Shown: one piece after another, positions 25,461 to 39,822 of the stretch
Layout of the letters: every line of letters starts with the position of its first letter
Position numbering within the stretch: position 1 is the stretch's first letter
Assembly: GCF_963921235.1 (NCBI RefSeq)
Contig: NC_086102.1
Location: forward strand, 35,154,001 to 35,218,000
Origin: Mobula hypostoma
Taxonomy: Eukaryota
DNA: 64,000 nucleotides
Direction of reading: 5' to 3'
The notes under the pieces: generated by a model
The model's database searches: none
The model's input: the letters and a program-made list of their open reading frames with translations, nothing else
Told to the model about the DNA's origin: nothing
Made by a program: the position numbers and the translations under genes

Positions 25461-27533
25461 ATGTAAAATCGTGTTGCACTAAACATCGGAATTGACTTCA
25501 TTGGTAGATAAAAGGGTAAAATAACTGGCTGCTGTGAACTGCCCCTAGCGTGGATGAGCAATGACAGGAAAATGCCCGGTTGGTGTGAAGCAGTGAACAG
25601 GCACGAAGGAGAATGTTACCGGAAAATAAGTGAGGGAATGTGATTGACAGGAATGCGCTAAAAGCTGGCAGAGACAATGGGCCAAAAGGCCAAATTCTGT
25701 GTCATTAAAGATTACGAAATACAGAAACTCTGATAATCTGCCTACAGGAGCTCTCCAGGTTGCAGAAGACCTGACTTATAGAAATCTTGATGCAAATTCC
25801 CCTATAAATTTTTAAAACGCTTTTCAAGATATTCTAGATACAAAATGGTGAACTTTTTAATTCATTAGTACATCCATAATTCCTGAATATGTATATTAGT
25901 TATGAAGCACAAATGTCTTAAGAGGTTATGAATGTACTAATAATTCAAGAGGCAAACAGTCTTTAAAAGAACTGTTTACATGTAGCCATCCTGAGTAATT
26001 AAACAGATGCATTATTTTTAAGAATGCTGCTGCTGGTTCACATAGGGGTGGGGGTACAATGTAATAGATTTGCTTTGGAAACTCACAAGGCAAACTCTTC
26101 TATTGATACTTAAAAATCCTTATCAAAACATTGATACAGTAAGGCCATCAAAATTAATCAATGGATGTTGGATATTCTGATTCTGTACCACTGTAACCAC
26201 ACAGGGGAAGATAAAAAGAATGTTCATGTTCAAAGTTTACAATAAATTCTTTCGTGATGTGCGCTGCCAATGTCGGAACCCAAATGCGGAGGAAAGACAG
26301 ACTCTGATGTAGGGACAGTGACCAGAGTTTATACATAAGAATTCCAACAAAATGTCGGTGGCTCAGCCGAGCGACACTGCCAGATGTAACGTTCTCAGAA
26401 CTTGGACCCTGTGATTAGCACGAATCAGGTGTCCACTTGTATAATACAAGTAGCACAAAATCCCTGAACCTATCAAAGTAAACTTACGTTTAAACAGAAA
26501 GCACCAGGACACTGCATTCCAAACAGCAAGACCCTCCAGAAAAAAACACAAGGACCTCTAAATGATTAATGTATCTTATTAAACAACAATTAACCAATTC
26601 AGTTGCTTTTAAAATCCTCAGCCCAATGTTCTCTGGCTCCCAGCACAAGCTCAAAGAGCTCATACAAAATGTATTATCAAAAAATGTACTGTATATGTCA
26701 GCATATACTAAGTGGAGATTCATTTTCTTGCGGGCATTCACAGCAGACACAAAGAAATACAATGGAATCAATGAAAAACTACACCCAAACAAAGATGGAC
26801 AAAATAGCCATCATGTTAATCAACCCTGAGTAAAATTGTTCATTTTTTGACTTAGGGAAAAATTGGCTGAAGGACAATTGACAGGAACAGAACCCTAATG
26901 TAAACTGGTATGGGCCTGTATACGGAAATGAGCCAGATGCTGAATCAGATACTGTTTGACATCTCCCTTCTGACCAAGGGCCTGTTTCAAATTATTGGGA
27001 AATTGATTATAACACAGGGTAACATATACAGTACAACATACAGTTGTCCAGAAAGTTTGTTAATGTAAGAACACCGAAGTACCAGGTGTGCTGAATTATT
27101 GGGGTTTTGCTGTAATATGAGAATTGTTGGAGCTTGGAGTCTTTGGAGCAGCAGTTGACTTACTCACCTCAGGATACCCAGCCTCAATGCACATGTGACC
27201 ATAGTAGTTCTGTGGCTGCTCTAGACAACGTAATAGGATCCAACAATAGTAATATAACTGAATGTCAAAGAGGAGGTAATTCTCTCCCATTGGAAACAGT
27301 CATAGGTTGGCACTGTGTAGTTGGAAGGGTTCCAAATTGTTTCCAATTTGCCAGTCTATACTTGCTCTTTGATTCTGCTGTGAGAAATACCTCTGTTCAT
27401 TCAGCTCTATCCTTGTGAGGTAGGTAAATCAATGGCTCCCTTTGGTGTTATGTTCTTTGTATTTTCAGTTTCAAAAACATTAATATCTTCAATATTATAA
27501 CTTAACGACTTAAATATAATCTATTCTGTTTAG

Positions 27534-28087
27534 ATCTTAGAAAGTTCGATCTTGGCAACCGTACTAGGGTTGGCCTTTTGTGTGCTTTGGACAAAGAAAA
27601 CAATATCATGCTGGAACATCATGCTCACGGCCCACCAATGCAATTCAGAAGTGTTTCAAGTCATCATTTGTACTATATTTCAAAAACACTGGATGAAATT
27701 GAAGAAAGGAAAGACGTAGTTATTGGCATCACCTTATGTGCCCATTTCAACACTTTCCCTCTGGATGTTTACATCAGAAGGCTGCAGTATATCCGGAGAT
27801 CAATTCTACAGCTGCTCAGCAGGAATCCAGATACAGTGATTGTTATAAAGACTGGGAATGTATGGGAGCCTAGAGCAGGTTATATTCTTAACTACAATGA
27901 CTGGTTCTCTTATCAACTCGATGTATTGATGAGAAGAATATTTGTATACATGAACGTTGCATTTGTGGACGCGTGGGAAATGACCATAGCCCACTACTTG
28001 CCCCATAATATACACCCTCAACAAATTATTATAAAGTATGAAATAGACGTGTTTCTTTCATATGTGTGTCCTTCTGAAAAGGAATAA
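27534..28087 (+). CDS. NXPE3: NXPE3-like terminal coding exon 5
   Basis: tctgtttag| acceptor in phase 1; DLRKFDLG...HGPP...HFNTFPLDVYIRRL...DWFSYQLD...VDAWEMTIAHYLPHNIHP...FLSYVCP; TAA at 28085-28087; spliced CDS totals 1740 nt. Confidence 0.94.
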
Positions 28088-28149
28088 AGGTATTTGCTTA
28101 CCATGTAAAGCAAAATCTAGATAATAACATTGGAAATAGACTTAGGATG

Positions 28150-31100
28150 TAGACATAGAAACCTACAGCACATTACAGGCCCTTTGGCCCACAATGATGT
28201 GCTGACCATGTAACCTACACGACAAACTGCTGAGAATTTCCCGACCGCATAGCCCTCTATTTTTCTAAGCTCCATGTACCTACCCAAGAATCTCTTAATA
28301 CCTTATTGTATCCACGTCTACCACCATCGCTGGCAGTGCATTCCATCAGCCCACCACTCTGTGTGAAAAACTTACCTCTGACATCCCATTATACTTACTT
28401 CCACGCACTGTAACACTATGCCCCCCCTGTGTTAACCATTTCAGACCTGAGAAAAATTTCTGGCTATCCACACGATCAATGTCTCTCATCATCTTATACA
28501 CCTTTTTCAGGTCACCTCTCATTCCCTGTCTCACTAAGGAGTAAAGGTCACGTTCACTTAACCTATTCTCAGAAGGCATTGACCCCAATCCAAGCAACAT
28601 CCTTGTAAATCTCTTCTGCACTCTCTCTATAGTATCCACATCCTACCTGTAGTGAGGTGACCAGAACTGAACACAGTACTCCAAGTGGGGTCTAACTGAG
28701 GTCTTATATAGCTGTAACATTACTTCACAGCTCTTGAACTCAATCCCACGGGTTCCCAATGCACCATACGCCTTCTTAACAACACTGTCAACCTGTGCAG
28801 ACCCCAAGATATCTCTGATTCTCCACACTGCCAAGAGTCTTACCATTAATATTATGTCTTCAAATTGACTTACTAAAATGAACCACTTTACACTTAACTG
28901 GGTTGAACTCCATCTGCTACTTCTCAGCCCAGTTCTGTATCTTATTGGTGTATCACTGTAACATCTGACAGCTGTCCAGACTATTCACAACACCCCCAAC
29001 CTTTGTGTCATCAGAAAACTTACTAACCCACCCTTCTACCTCCTCATCCAGGTCAACTATAAAAATCACAAAGAGGAGGGGTCCCAGAACAGATCCCTGT
29101 GGAACAGCACTGGTCACCGACCTCCATGTAGAATATGAACCATCTACAATCACCCTTTACTTTCTGTGGGAAAGCCAATTCTGGATCCACAAAGCAAGGT
29201 CTCCTTGGATCTCATGCTTCATAACTTTCTGAATGAGCCTTGCGTGGGGTACCTTATCAAATGCCTTACTGAAATCTATATACACCACATCCACTGCTCT
29301 ACCTTCGTCAATGTGTTTTGTTACATTCTCAGAAAATTCAGTCAGGCTCCTAATGCATGACCTTCCCTTGACAAAGCCATGCTGACTATCCCTAATCAGA
29401 TAATGTTTCTCCAAATGCTCATAAATCCTGCCTCTCAGGATCTTCTCCAACAACTTGCCACCACTTAAATAAGACTCACTGATCTGTAATTTCCTGGCTT
29501 ATCTCTACTCCCCTTCTTGAACAAGGGAACAACATTTGCAACCCTCTAATCCTCTGGTACTTCTCCCTATAGATGACTCAAACATCATCGCTGGAGGCTC
29601 AGCAATCTCCTCTCTCACTTCCCACAGTAGCCTAGGGTATATCTTGTCCAAACCCAGTGACTTATCTAACTTAATGCTTTTCAAGAGCTCCAGCACAACC
29701 TCTTTCTTAATGACTATATGCTCAAGTGTTTCAGTCCTCTGCAAGTCATCCCCACAATTGCCAAGGTCCTTTTCCCTGGTGAATACTGAAGCAAAGTATT
29801 CATTAAGTACCTCCGCTACCTCCTCTGACTCCATGCACATTTGGTCCTATTCTCACATGGCTCATCCTCTTGCTCTTCACGTAGTTGTAGAATGCCTTGG
29901 GGTTTTCCTTAATCCTGTTCACTAAGGCCTTCTCATGGCCCCTTCTAGCTCTCCTAATTTTATTCTTAAGCTCCTTCCTGGAAACCTTGTAATTTTTCTA
30001 GAGTTCTAATATTACCTAATTTCTTGAACCTTTCGGAAGTTTTTCTTCTTAACTAAATTTTGCACATCCTTTGTACACCATAGTTCTTTTACTCTATCAT
30101 CCTTTCCTTGCCTCAATGGAACATACCTATGCAGAACGCCATGCAAATGTTCCCCGAACATTTGCCACATTTCTGCTATGCTTTCTACCCTGAGAACATC
30201 TGCTGCCAAGTTTCTGCCCAACAGCATCATATTTCCCCCTACCGCAATTAAATGTTTTTCCAAATTGTCTGCTCCTATCCCTCTCCAGCGTTATGGTGAA
30301 GGAGATAGAGTTGTGATCACTACCTCCAAAATGCTCTCCCATCAAGAGCTCTGACACCTGACCAGGTTCATTTCCCAATACCAGATCAAGTTCAGCCTCT
30401 CCTCTAGTTGGCCTATCTACATAATACATCAGGAAACCTTCCTGAACACACCTAACAAACTCCACCCCTGGCTTTAAGGAGATGCCAGTCAATCTTAGGA
30501 AAGTTAGTCTCCTATCAGAAGAATCCTATTATTATTGCACCGTTCCAGAATCTGCCTCCCTTTTGGCTCCCTGATGTCTCTGTTACTGGGTAGGATGTTA
30601 AAGGAAGGATGTGGGGTCGATTTTTAAAAAAAAAGAACATCCAGTAGAGTTATTAGCTCCTTCCTGTTTCTGACTTTCACCCACACTGACTCAGTAGACA
30701 ATTCCTCCATCAATTCCTCTTTTTCTGCAGCCGTGATACTATCCCTGACTTGCAATGCCTCTTTTGCCTCCATCCTGTCCTTCTTGAAACATCTAAAGCT
30801 TGGCACACTCAGAAGTCATTCCTGCCCGTGACGTCCAAGTCTCTGTAACAACCACAACGTCACAGTTCCACATACTGATCCATGCTCTAAATTCATCCAC
30901 CTTATTTATGGTACACCCTGAATTAAAATAGACACATCTCAAACTATCTGGCTGAGTTAAGTTTTACTCTATCATCTGCCTTTCCTTTCTCACAAACTCC
31001 CCACCAGCTGGCTCTTCTTCAGCACCAACTGCCTCTTCAGTTTGGTTCTCAGCCCCCTGAAAATCTAGTTTAACCCCTCCCCAATAACATTAGCAAACCT

Positions 31101-32150
31101 TCCTTCCATAACATTGGTTCCCCTTCAGTTCAGATGCAATCTGTCCCACTTGTACAGCTCACCCCTCCCCCCACCCCCCAGAAAGATTCCAGTGATTCAA
31201 GAACTTGAAACCATCTCCTCAGCCACTCATTCGTCTGCGCTATCTTCCTGTTCTGACCTTCCCTAGCCCGTTACACTGGGAGAAATCCGAAGATTACCAC
31301 TTTGGAGGTCCTGCTCTTCAGCTTCCTTCCTAACTCCCTAAACTTACTGCACAGGACCTCTGCTGCTCTCCTGCCTATGGCATAGGTACCAGCGTGTACC
31401 ACAACCTCTGGCTGATCACTCTCCCCTTCAAGAATATTCTGCAACTACTCAGAGACATCCTAGATCCTAGTACCCGGGAGGCAACGCACTATCCTGCCTT
31501 CTCTTTTGCTGCTGAAGAATCTTCTATCTGTCCCTTAACTACTGAGTTTCTTATGACTATTGGTCCGCCTGACTTCACCCTACCATTCTGAGGCTCAGAG
31601 CCGGCCACGGTAATATTGGTCTGGTTGCTGCTGCCTTGCCCAGATAGGACAACCCCTTGAGCAGTATCCAAAGGGGTCTGCCTGTGGCTGAGGGGAATGG
31701 CCACAGGGGGACCCTGCACTGACTTCTTGCTCCCTTTACCTCTCTCGGTCTTCACCCATCTACTCCCTGAATTCTGCACTGGGTGTAACCACCTGCTCAA
31801 AAGTCTTATCTATTAATTGTTCTGCTTCTCGGATGATCCTTAATTCATCCAACTCCAGCTCCTTAATGCCGTCTTTCATGAGCTGGAGCTGGCTGCCCTT
31901 CCTGCAGGTGTAGTCATCTGGGAGACCATCAGGTTCCATAAATTCCCACATCCTACAGGAGGAGCATTCCACTGCCATATCTGCCATCCTGTCTGCACTG
32001 TACAATGGGCAACCAAGACCAAATCAGCAATAATGAAAGGAAAAAGCTACCCTTCTTACCTGTTTCTTTGGCCTCAGCCTCTTCTCATCGAAGCCTCTAA
32101 GTTCCTACTCTGACTGTAGCCCCCATTCCGATGATGGCCGCTCCAATAGA
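28150..32150 (-). mobile_element. Near full-length degenerate CR1 LINE (ORF1 + ORF2)
   Basis: VECSSCRMWEF..LPDDYTCRK (ORF1); [38 protein letters not shown] and RPHLEYCVQFWSP (ORF2). Confidence 0.92.
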
Positions 32151-33072
32151 CCCCATCTCTCTTTCATGGTTTAAAAAATAAGAAGAATAAACCACACAAG
32201 GAGAAAGAACTCACCACGTTTCGTGATGCTCTGCCTGCCTTCCACTGCCGCGAATGCCTCTGATGCTTCCCGCGCCTGAGCACTGGCCATTGTTTTTAAG
32301 AAAAACATCAAGAACTGCATCTTCCAGCTCTCCACCCTGACCTGTATCCTGTGACAACCATCTTCATTATCCACACCTCTACCAATTCTGTGTCATCCAG
32401 AAACTTACTATCATCTGGCCCATATCAGTCTCCTCAAAAAACTCAGTCAGACCAGATACCCACTGGTCACACCGGGCATCCCTAATCTATCGTTTTCTTT
32501 CCAAGACACAGGAAGTTCCACAGATGCAACACATACAAAATGCAGGAGGGACTGAACAGATCAGGCAACATCTTTTGATAGGAATAAACAGCTGATGTTT
32601 CATCCAAGACCTTTCAGCAGGTCTAGGAAGAAAGGGGAAAAATGCCAGAGTAAGAAGGTGCCCACCTCTTTCCCTTCTTCCCTGGTCCATTCTCGTCTCT
32701 CATTAGATTCCTACCTCTTCAGCCCTTTATGGTTTCCCACCACCTGCCTGCTTCTTACTTCTTCCCCCCCTTAAAATTGATGTGCAATTTTAAACATGTC
32801 ATTTGTTTTGAGAAATTGAATTCTATTCTTTGAATTAATTTTTGTCATGGTTAATAAATGCTTTCTGTCACACATGATTCATATTCAGCTAGCACAGTTT
32901 GTTAGCATTCTTTACTGTAAGCTTCAATCAAAGTAATAATTTTAGCTTTGATATTCAACTATTTTGTTTCAACTTTGATTTTTGAATATCCAGGTTGTTT
33001 TCTTTGTGTCTTCACCAGTTGTGTGAAAATTGAAGTTGCATAGCAGAGCCATTATATAGAATTATGCTAAAG

Positions 33073-33235
33073 TAAGGGTGGTCAACCTTTTACATTCCAT
33101 GCATCAATTTTTTCACGTACGAGTTCTATATTAACATTTTTACAAGAATTGTGGGGGTACAAGAATTGTATGGTGCACCTGAACTTGTGCGTGAAAAAAC
33201 TTTGATGGATGAACGTAAAACATCGGCCACCCCTG
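33073..33235. mobile_element. hAT Charlie-like MITE, 163 bp
   Basis: About 54-bp imperfect TIRs (taagggtggtcaa... / ...tcggccacccctg); 8-bp TSD tgctaaag / tgcgaaag. Confidence 0.8.
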
Positions 33236-33399
33236 TGCGAAAGGATTCATTGAACAACCATAATCATTTCAGGGAACTTTAGGTTTATTGATGTTATTGT
33301 CTTAAATTACGATCAATAATTAAAGTGGTTTGAAGTCTAAATTAGACATGTCCGACTGGAGATGCTAAAATTAGAATTAGACCGAAAGGATACACAATG

Positions 33400-34010
33400 T
33401 TAGATTATGAGAACACTCAGTCCTCTTTTATTGTCATTTAGAAATGCATACATGCATTAAGAATGATACAATGTTTCTCTGGCGTGATATCACAGAAAAC
33501 AAGACTAACACTGACAAAACCACATAATTATAACATATAGTTACAGCAGTGCAAAGCAATACCATAATTTGATGAAGAACAGTCCATAGGCAGAGTAAAA
33601 AAAATAGTCTCAGTCCCCGAGTCGATCGACTCCCGAGTCCCCGATAGCGGCGGCTAAAGGGAGAAACTCCCTGCCATAAACCTCCAGACACCGTCAACTT
33701 GCCAATACCTTGGAAGCAGCCGACCCCAGCCGACTCGGTACGAGTGCATCTGTCCGAAAACTCCGAGCTTCCGAGCAGCCTCTCGAGCGCCATCCTCTGC
33801 CGAGCGCCTTCGACCTCTCCCCGGCAGCTGAAACACGCAAAGCCGTGGGTTTCGAGGCCTTCAGCTCCAGATGTTCCGGTTACCACACAGTAGCAGCAGT
33901 AGCAAAGCAGACATTTCAGAAATTTTCCAGATGTTCCGCTGTGCACTCACGTCTGTCTCCATCAAATCAGGATTGTGCACGGTCCCGTACTTGACAGACA
34001 ACAGATATTA
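33400..34010 (-). mobile_element. Non-autonomous retroposon (same family as 17046 and 47230)
   Basis: Shared agattatgag.acac.cagtcctcttttattgtcattta end and internal blocks. Confidence 0.8.
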
Positions 34011-34604
34011 TGTCACCAATATTACATCACCAATAGACCAGAAATCCTAGAGCTTGGGGAGTTTTAAATATCAAAGTTTTACCAACCAATTGATAAAAAG
34101 GAAAAATTGCATGTGAGAATAAACATGCAAATGTTCTTACAATAACTGAAAATAAATAAGCACGAGAAGATCATTGCATAATTGGGCATTCAATTTGTTT
34201 TACAAAGGGGAAAATACTTAACATATCTGCATAATCTCTGAGTGTGTGGGTTTCAGCCAAGCACTCCGTTTTGATTCCCCATTGCAGAGAAGTGCTGCCA
34301 GTTGAACTGAGTATTGCAAATTATCCCTTGGTCAAGGGAAGAGTCAAAAGGAATCAAAGAGGAGCTGACGGCTGTGTAAGAGAGAATGTGGAGTGGGGCT
34401 CATGGAATTGTTCTGCTGTGAGCTGGCATGAACTGGAGCAGCCGAACGCCTGCCTTCTGTGTTGAGATGAGCAGAAGCTCAGAACGAGTGCGAAGTAAGG
34501 GCTTGGAGAGGGTGGGAATTGGGAATCTGGAGTTTGAAGTGGAGCAGTCTCTGCAGAATGTTTTCTAGAAGAACTAGGAGAGGCAATATTATGTGGGCTG
34601 GTGG

Positions 34605-35144
34605 TCCCAGGGGCAGCCTACATGTACAATTGCACATCCAGCCTCCCAGGAGTTGTCTACATGTATGTGTAGACTGTATATGTACAGTCGCACACCCAGC
34701 CTCCCAGAGGTAGTCTACATGTACAGTCGCACACCCAGCCTCCCAGAGGTAGTCTACATGTACAGTCGCACACCCAGCCTCCCAGGGGTAGTCTACATGC
34801 ACAGTCGCACACCCAGCCTCCCAGGGGCAGTCTGCATGTACAGTCACACACCCAGCCTCCCAGGGGCAGTCTACATGCACAGTCACACACCCAGCCTCCC
34901 AGGGGCAGTCTGCATGTACAGTCACACACCCAGCCTCCCAGGGGCAGTCTGCATGTACAGTCACACACCCAGCCTCCCAGGGGCAGTCTACATGCACAGT
35001 CACACACCCAGCCTCCCAGGGGCAGTCTACATGCACAGTCACACACCCAGCCTCCCAGGGGCATTCTACACGTACAGTCACACACCCAGCCTCCCAGGGG
35101 CAGTCTACATGCACAGTCACACACACCGAGCCTCCTAGGGGCAG
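34605..35144. repeat. 39-bp minisatellite, left part (about 13-14 units)
   Basis: Unit acagtcRcacacccagcctcccaggggcagtctRcatgY; 13-aa periodicity in the ORF track. Confidence 0.95.
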
Positions 35145-35723
35145 TGTAACCGTCTCAGGGACATGTTTCATTGAAATGTTTATTTTATCTGTTTTTGTCA
35201 TAAATTCAAGATTAATTTATCACCTTAGAATATTTTATGTAAGGTTTATTTAATGCAGAGTTTAACAGGTCACATGACCAGGGTTAACTGGTCACATGAC
35301 CAGAGTTTGATAAAAGCATCACTGTGGTATTATGGGTCAGAACCAACATGGGAGCAGAGAAAGTCATATGGCCCTAAAATAACCTCATTCTACATGTGGT
35401 CCAAGAGGCGCACACGGTAATTGTTTTTCTTAATTTGTTTTATTTAATGTTGTTGAGGTGTCTTTATATGAACAGTGTGATACGTTTTAGTGATGTATTT
35501 GATTTCAGCACACTCCTGATGTGCTAACGTGTTTGGGCCTGTTTATCGGTGGACACTAGCTTGAGAGACTTTAAAAGACTGAGGGATGTATGTTTCAAAC
35601 TTTATGTTCTTTGTCTTGTAGTTTTCACGGTGTCTACTGAAGAGAGAGAGAGAAATAAAAATAAATCTTCATGGACATCTGTATGTTGCGTGGGCATTAT
35701 TTCATTGGACTGGTGCAGTAACA
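35145..35723 (+). repeat. BEL 5' LTR (579 bp)
   Basis: tgtaac...gtaaca; about 95% identical to the 3' LTR by hand count. Confidence 0.95.
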
Positions 35724-38065
35724 GTGAAAACGTGTAGCCAATGTGGCCGAGAGTTCAAAGTAAGGAGCACCGCGTGTCTGGGAAGAGAGGAGGAAGCACG
35801 ATCGCTGGAGTAGCGGGTGGCCGGAGAAGTTGTTGGAGAAAAGGCTTGTCGATTCAAGGGAGAAAACGGGAGTGTTGGCTCCTGACACCGTCGGGTTGAG
35901 AACACCGCGATTTCACCAAGAGAGAGCAACGTGTACCAGAGTAGGCTACAGCTTTCCAAATACCCTCTCTACAGGCTTCAGAGTGCAGGGTCTGTTTCAT
36001 TCCCTTGCTGTCTTCAGGCAGGAGAGTGCGGATCTGCAGATGGCGTCAGGTGCTCCCTTTGCAACCTTATGGACATACGTAAAATTTGAGAAATACTTGT
36101 TAAAATACTGGTTTGTTGATGAGGAAAGTAATTGATTTATCATTATAGCCTAATTGTTGTTCCTGCTTTACTAGTGGCATCGTTATGAATGTTCTTAAGG
36201 GTGTTTTTGATCTGAGAGTTCAAATGCATAATCAAAAGAGTATTAGGAGGTTAATTGAGTAAACAGTTACCAAATATTTGTACTTGAATTGCACTGACAA
36301 TTACATAGTTGCAAAAGGTTATATGCATCCTTAGCAATAACTTGGTGATAGATGCAGTCTTTCTTTTTCTAAATGTTCAATGCTACTTTAAGGAGAGTAG
36401 AACCTAGGAAATCTTCACTGGAAAGAAAGTTAACCCCAAAACTGCCGGAGCTTAAGCAACAAGAGGCTTCTCAGAGGGAGAGTGAATTCATCAAGCTATA
36501 TGAAAGCTGGAAAGACCAAGTTAGAGCTACACGTACCAAACTTAAGGATGAGTGCTCTTACCAAAACTTATGTGACATGGATGCTGTTGAAGGGCTGGAG
36601 ACACAAGTGAAAGATGTGTATGAAAATATACGATCCCAATCAGCACCTTCTACTGAGATTAGAAGAAAAATGGATTCCTGCACAGCAGTAACAGCAGATT
36701 TGAGGGGGCTAATGAACGTACGTATAAGTGAAGTGGGGTAAGAGGAGTTTGATGCTAAGGCGGAAAACGCAAGGCTTTGTATGGTGCTCAACAAAGAGTT
36801 TGCCCAGTCAATATTTGGGACTACAATCTCCAAATCCACTGCTTGTAGCCACCACGCAAGCTGTTTATCAGAACAGCAAAGCATCACAGCAGAAAGAGAA
36901 GAGTGTGCTGCACAGTTTGCTGCAAAGCAGGCCGAAATGGAGATGGAGGAGGCTATCGCTGTACAAAGGCAAGAACTTATAAGACTGAAAAGTCAGAGAG
37001 ATCTTCAAGTAATAGCCACAAATCTTAAGGCTTACTCTGAAGCTGACTCAGGTGAGGCCTTGGAGGAAAGTAGAACGGCAAGCAGTGAGCTGGCTAATTG
37101 TCTTCCAATACCTTATAAAGAAATTAAAGGGGAACAAACATGTAAGAACTATAACAATGAACAAACAAACAGTACTAACAATGAAGCATCACTAGTACAA
37201 GCCCTACATGACGTAATGGTTCTCACCAGACTTCCTGCACCCGAGTCCTCAGTCTTCTCAGGGGACCCACTTAGGTTCTCAGAGTGGAGCACAAGTTTTA
37301 AGGCATTGATAAAACAGCCATGCACAAATCCATGTGACAGGTTGTTCTACCTACAAAAATACATCAATGGTGAGGCACGATCTGTATTGGAAGGAAGTTT
37401 CTACAGAAAGGATGATGAAGCTGACGACCAGGCATGGGAGGCTTTGAATGCTTGGTACGGCCACCCCTTTGTAACCCAGTGCGCATTTAGAGAAAAACTG
37501 AATAACTGGCCAAAGATTGGCTCAAGGGAGTCAGTTAAACTGAGACAATTCAGTGATTTTCTGACAGCCTGTAGCAATGCCATGCCACATATCAAAGGGC
37601 TTCAGGTGTTAAATGACTGTGAAGAGAATCAAAGGATTCTCCAGAAACTCCCTGACTGGGTGACCTCTGGCTGGAATTGGTATGTCAGAAAGCAGTTGCG
37701 ACAAATGGGGAATTCCCTGATTTCAAGGAGTTTGCTGATTTTGTGGCACAAGAAGCAGAAATTGCATGCAATCCTGTAACATCCTTTCATGCCTTGAAGC
37801 CGACTGAAGAAAAGCCATCAAAAGACATGAAGCGCACAAAGGCTAACGTGTTCATCACAAATGTGAAAGCATCGGATGAATCAAGCACAGTGGTGGAAAC
37901 ATACAGTGCCATGGAGAACAGCTCAAAGGATTCAAACGGTTCCAAGAAGGTAAACACTTTGTTTTCATCTTCAAACCCAGTCACCTGCATGTGCTGTGGA
38001 GAAAGCCACTCCATCCACAAATGCCAGAAGCTCACCAATAAGACTGTGAAGGACAAGAGAAGGTT

Positions 38066-39822
38066 CATAGAAACCATAGAAAACCATAGAGAAACTACAG
38101 CACAGAAACAGGCCTTTTGGCCCTTCTTGGCTGTGTCGAACCATTTTCTGCCTAGTCCCACTGACCTGCACACGGACCATATCCCTCCATACACCTCCCA
38201 TCCATGTAGCTGTCCAATTTATTCTTCAATGTTAAAAAAGAACCCGCATTTACCACCTCGTCTGGCAGCTCATTCCATACTCCCACCACTCTCTGTGTGA
38301 AGAAGCCCCCCCTAATGTTCCCTTTAAACTTTTCCCCCCTCACCCTTAACCCATGTCTTCTGGTTTTTTTCTTCCCTTGCCTCAGTGGAAAAAGCCTGCT
38401 TGCATTCACTCTATCTATACCCATCATAATTTTATATACCTCTATCAAATCTCCCCTCATTCTTCTACGCTCCAGGGAATAAAGTCCTAACCTATTCAAC
38501 CTTTCTCTGTAACTGAGTTTCTCAAGTCCCGGCAACACCCTTGTAAACCTTCTCTGTACTCTTTCAACCTTATTACTATCCTTCCTGCAATTTGGTGACC
38601 AAAACTGAACACAATACTCCTGATTCGGCCTCACCAATGCCTTATACAACCTCATCATAACATTCCAGCTCTTATACTCAATACTTTGATTAATAAAGGC
38701 CAATGTACCAAAAGCTCTCTTTACGACCTTATCTAACTGTGATGCCACTTTTAGGGAATTTTGTATCTGTATTCCCAGATCCCTCCATTCTACTGCACTC
38801 CTCTGTGCCTTACCATTTACCTTGTATGTTCTACTTTGGTTTGTCCTTCCAAAGTGCAATACCTCACACTTGTCAGTATTAAACTCCATCTGCCATTTTT
38901 CAGCCTATTTTTCCAGCTGGTCCAAATCCCTCTGCAAGCTTTGAAAACATTCCTCACTGTCCACTACACCTCCAATCTTTGTATCATCAGCAAATTTGCT
39001 GATCCAATTTACCACATTATCATCCAGATCATTGATATAAATGACAAATAACAATGAACCCAGCACTGATCCCTGTGGCACACCACTAGTTATAGGCCTC
39101 CACTCTGAGAAGCAATCCTCTACTATTACTCTTTGGCTTCTTCCATTGAGCCAATGTCTAATCTAATTTACCATCTCTCCATGTATACCTAGCGACTGAA
39201 TTTTCCTAACTAACCTCCCATGCGGGACCTTGTCAAAGGCCTTACTGAAGTCCATGTAGACAACATCCACTGCCTTCCCTTCATCCACTTTCCTGGTAAC
39301 CTCCTCGAAAAACTCCAACAGATTGGTCAAACATGACCTACCACGCACAAAGCCATGTTGACTCTCCCTAATAAACCCCTGTCTATCCAAATGCTTGTAG
39401 ATTCTGTCTCTTAGTACTCCCTCCAATAACTTACCCACGACCGACGTCAAACCTGCCGGCCTATGATTTCCCGGATTACCTTTTGATCCTTTTTTAAACA
39501 ACGAAACAACATGAGCCATTCTTCAACCCTCCGGCACCTCACCCGTAGACACCGACATTTTAAATATATCTGCCAGGGCCCCTGCAATTTTAACACTAGT
39601 CTCCTTCAAGGTCCGAGGGAATACCCTGTCAGGTCCTGGGGATTTATCCACTTTAATTTGCCTCAAGATAGCAAGCACCTCCTCCTTTTCTATCTGTACA
39701 GTTTCCATGATCTTACTACTTGTTTCCCGTAATTCCATAGACTTCATGCCAGTTTCCTTAGTAAATACAGGTGCAAAAAAACCCATTTAAGATCTCATTT
39801 AAGAAAATCTATTTAAGATCCC
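38066..39822 (-). mobile_element. 5'-truncated CR1 LINE inserted in BEL gag
   Basis: Long RT ORFs 38152..38889 and 39163..39519; (catagaaac)n tail; splits gag between DKRRFI and NNLCFGC. Confidence 0.93.

Noticed and set aside
34605-35144. CRISPR-like appearance of regular repeats
   Set aside because: Tandem units with no unique spacers, no cas genes, eukaryotic context
34479-35201. Cys/Trp-rich repeat ORFs (CPWEAGCVTVHVD)n and counterparts at 43286-43851
   Set aside because: Artefact of a 39-bp (multiple of 3) minisatellite open in several frames on both strands; no splice or gene context
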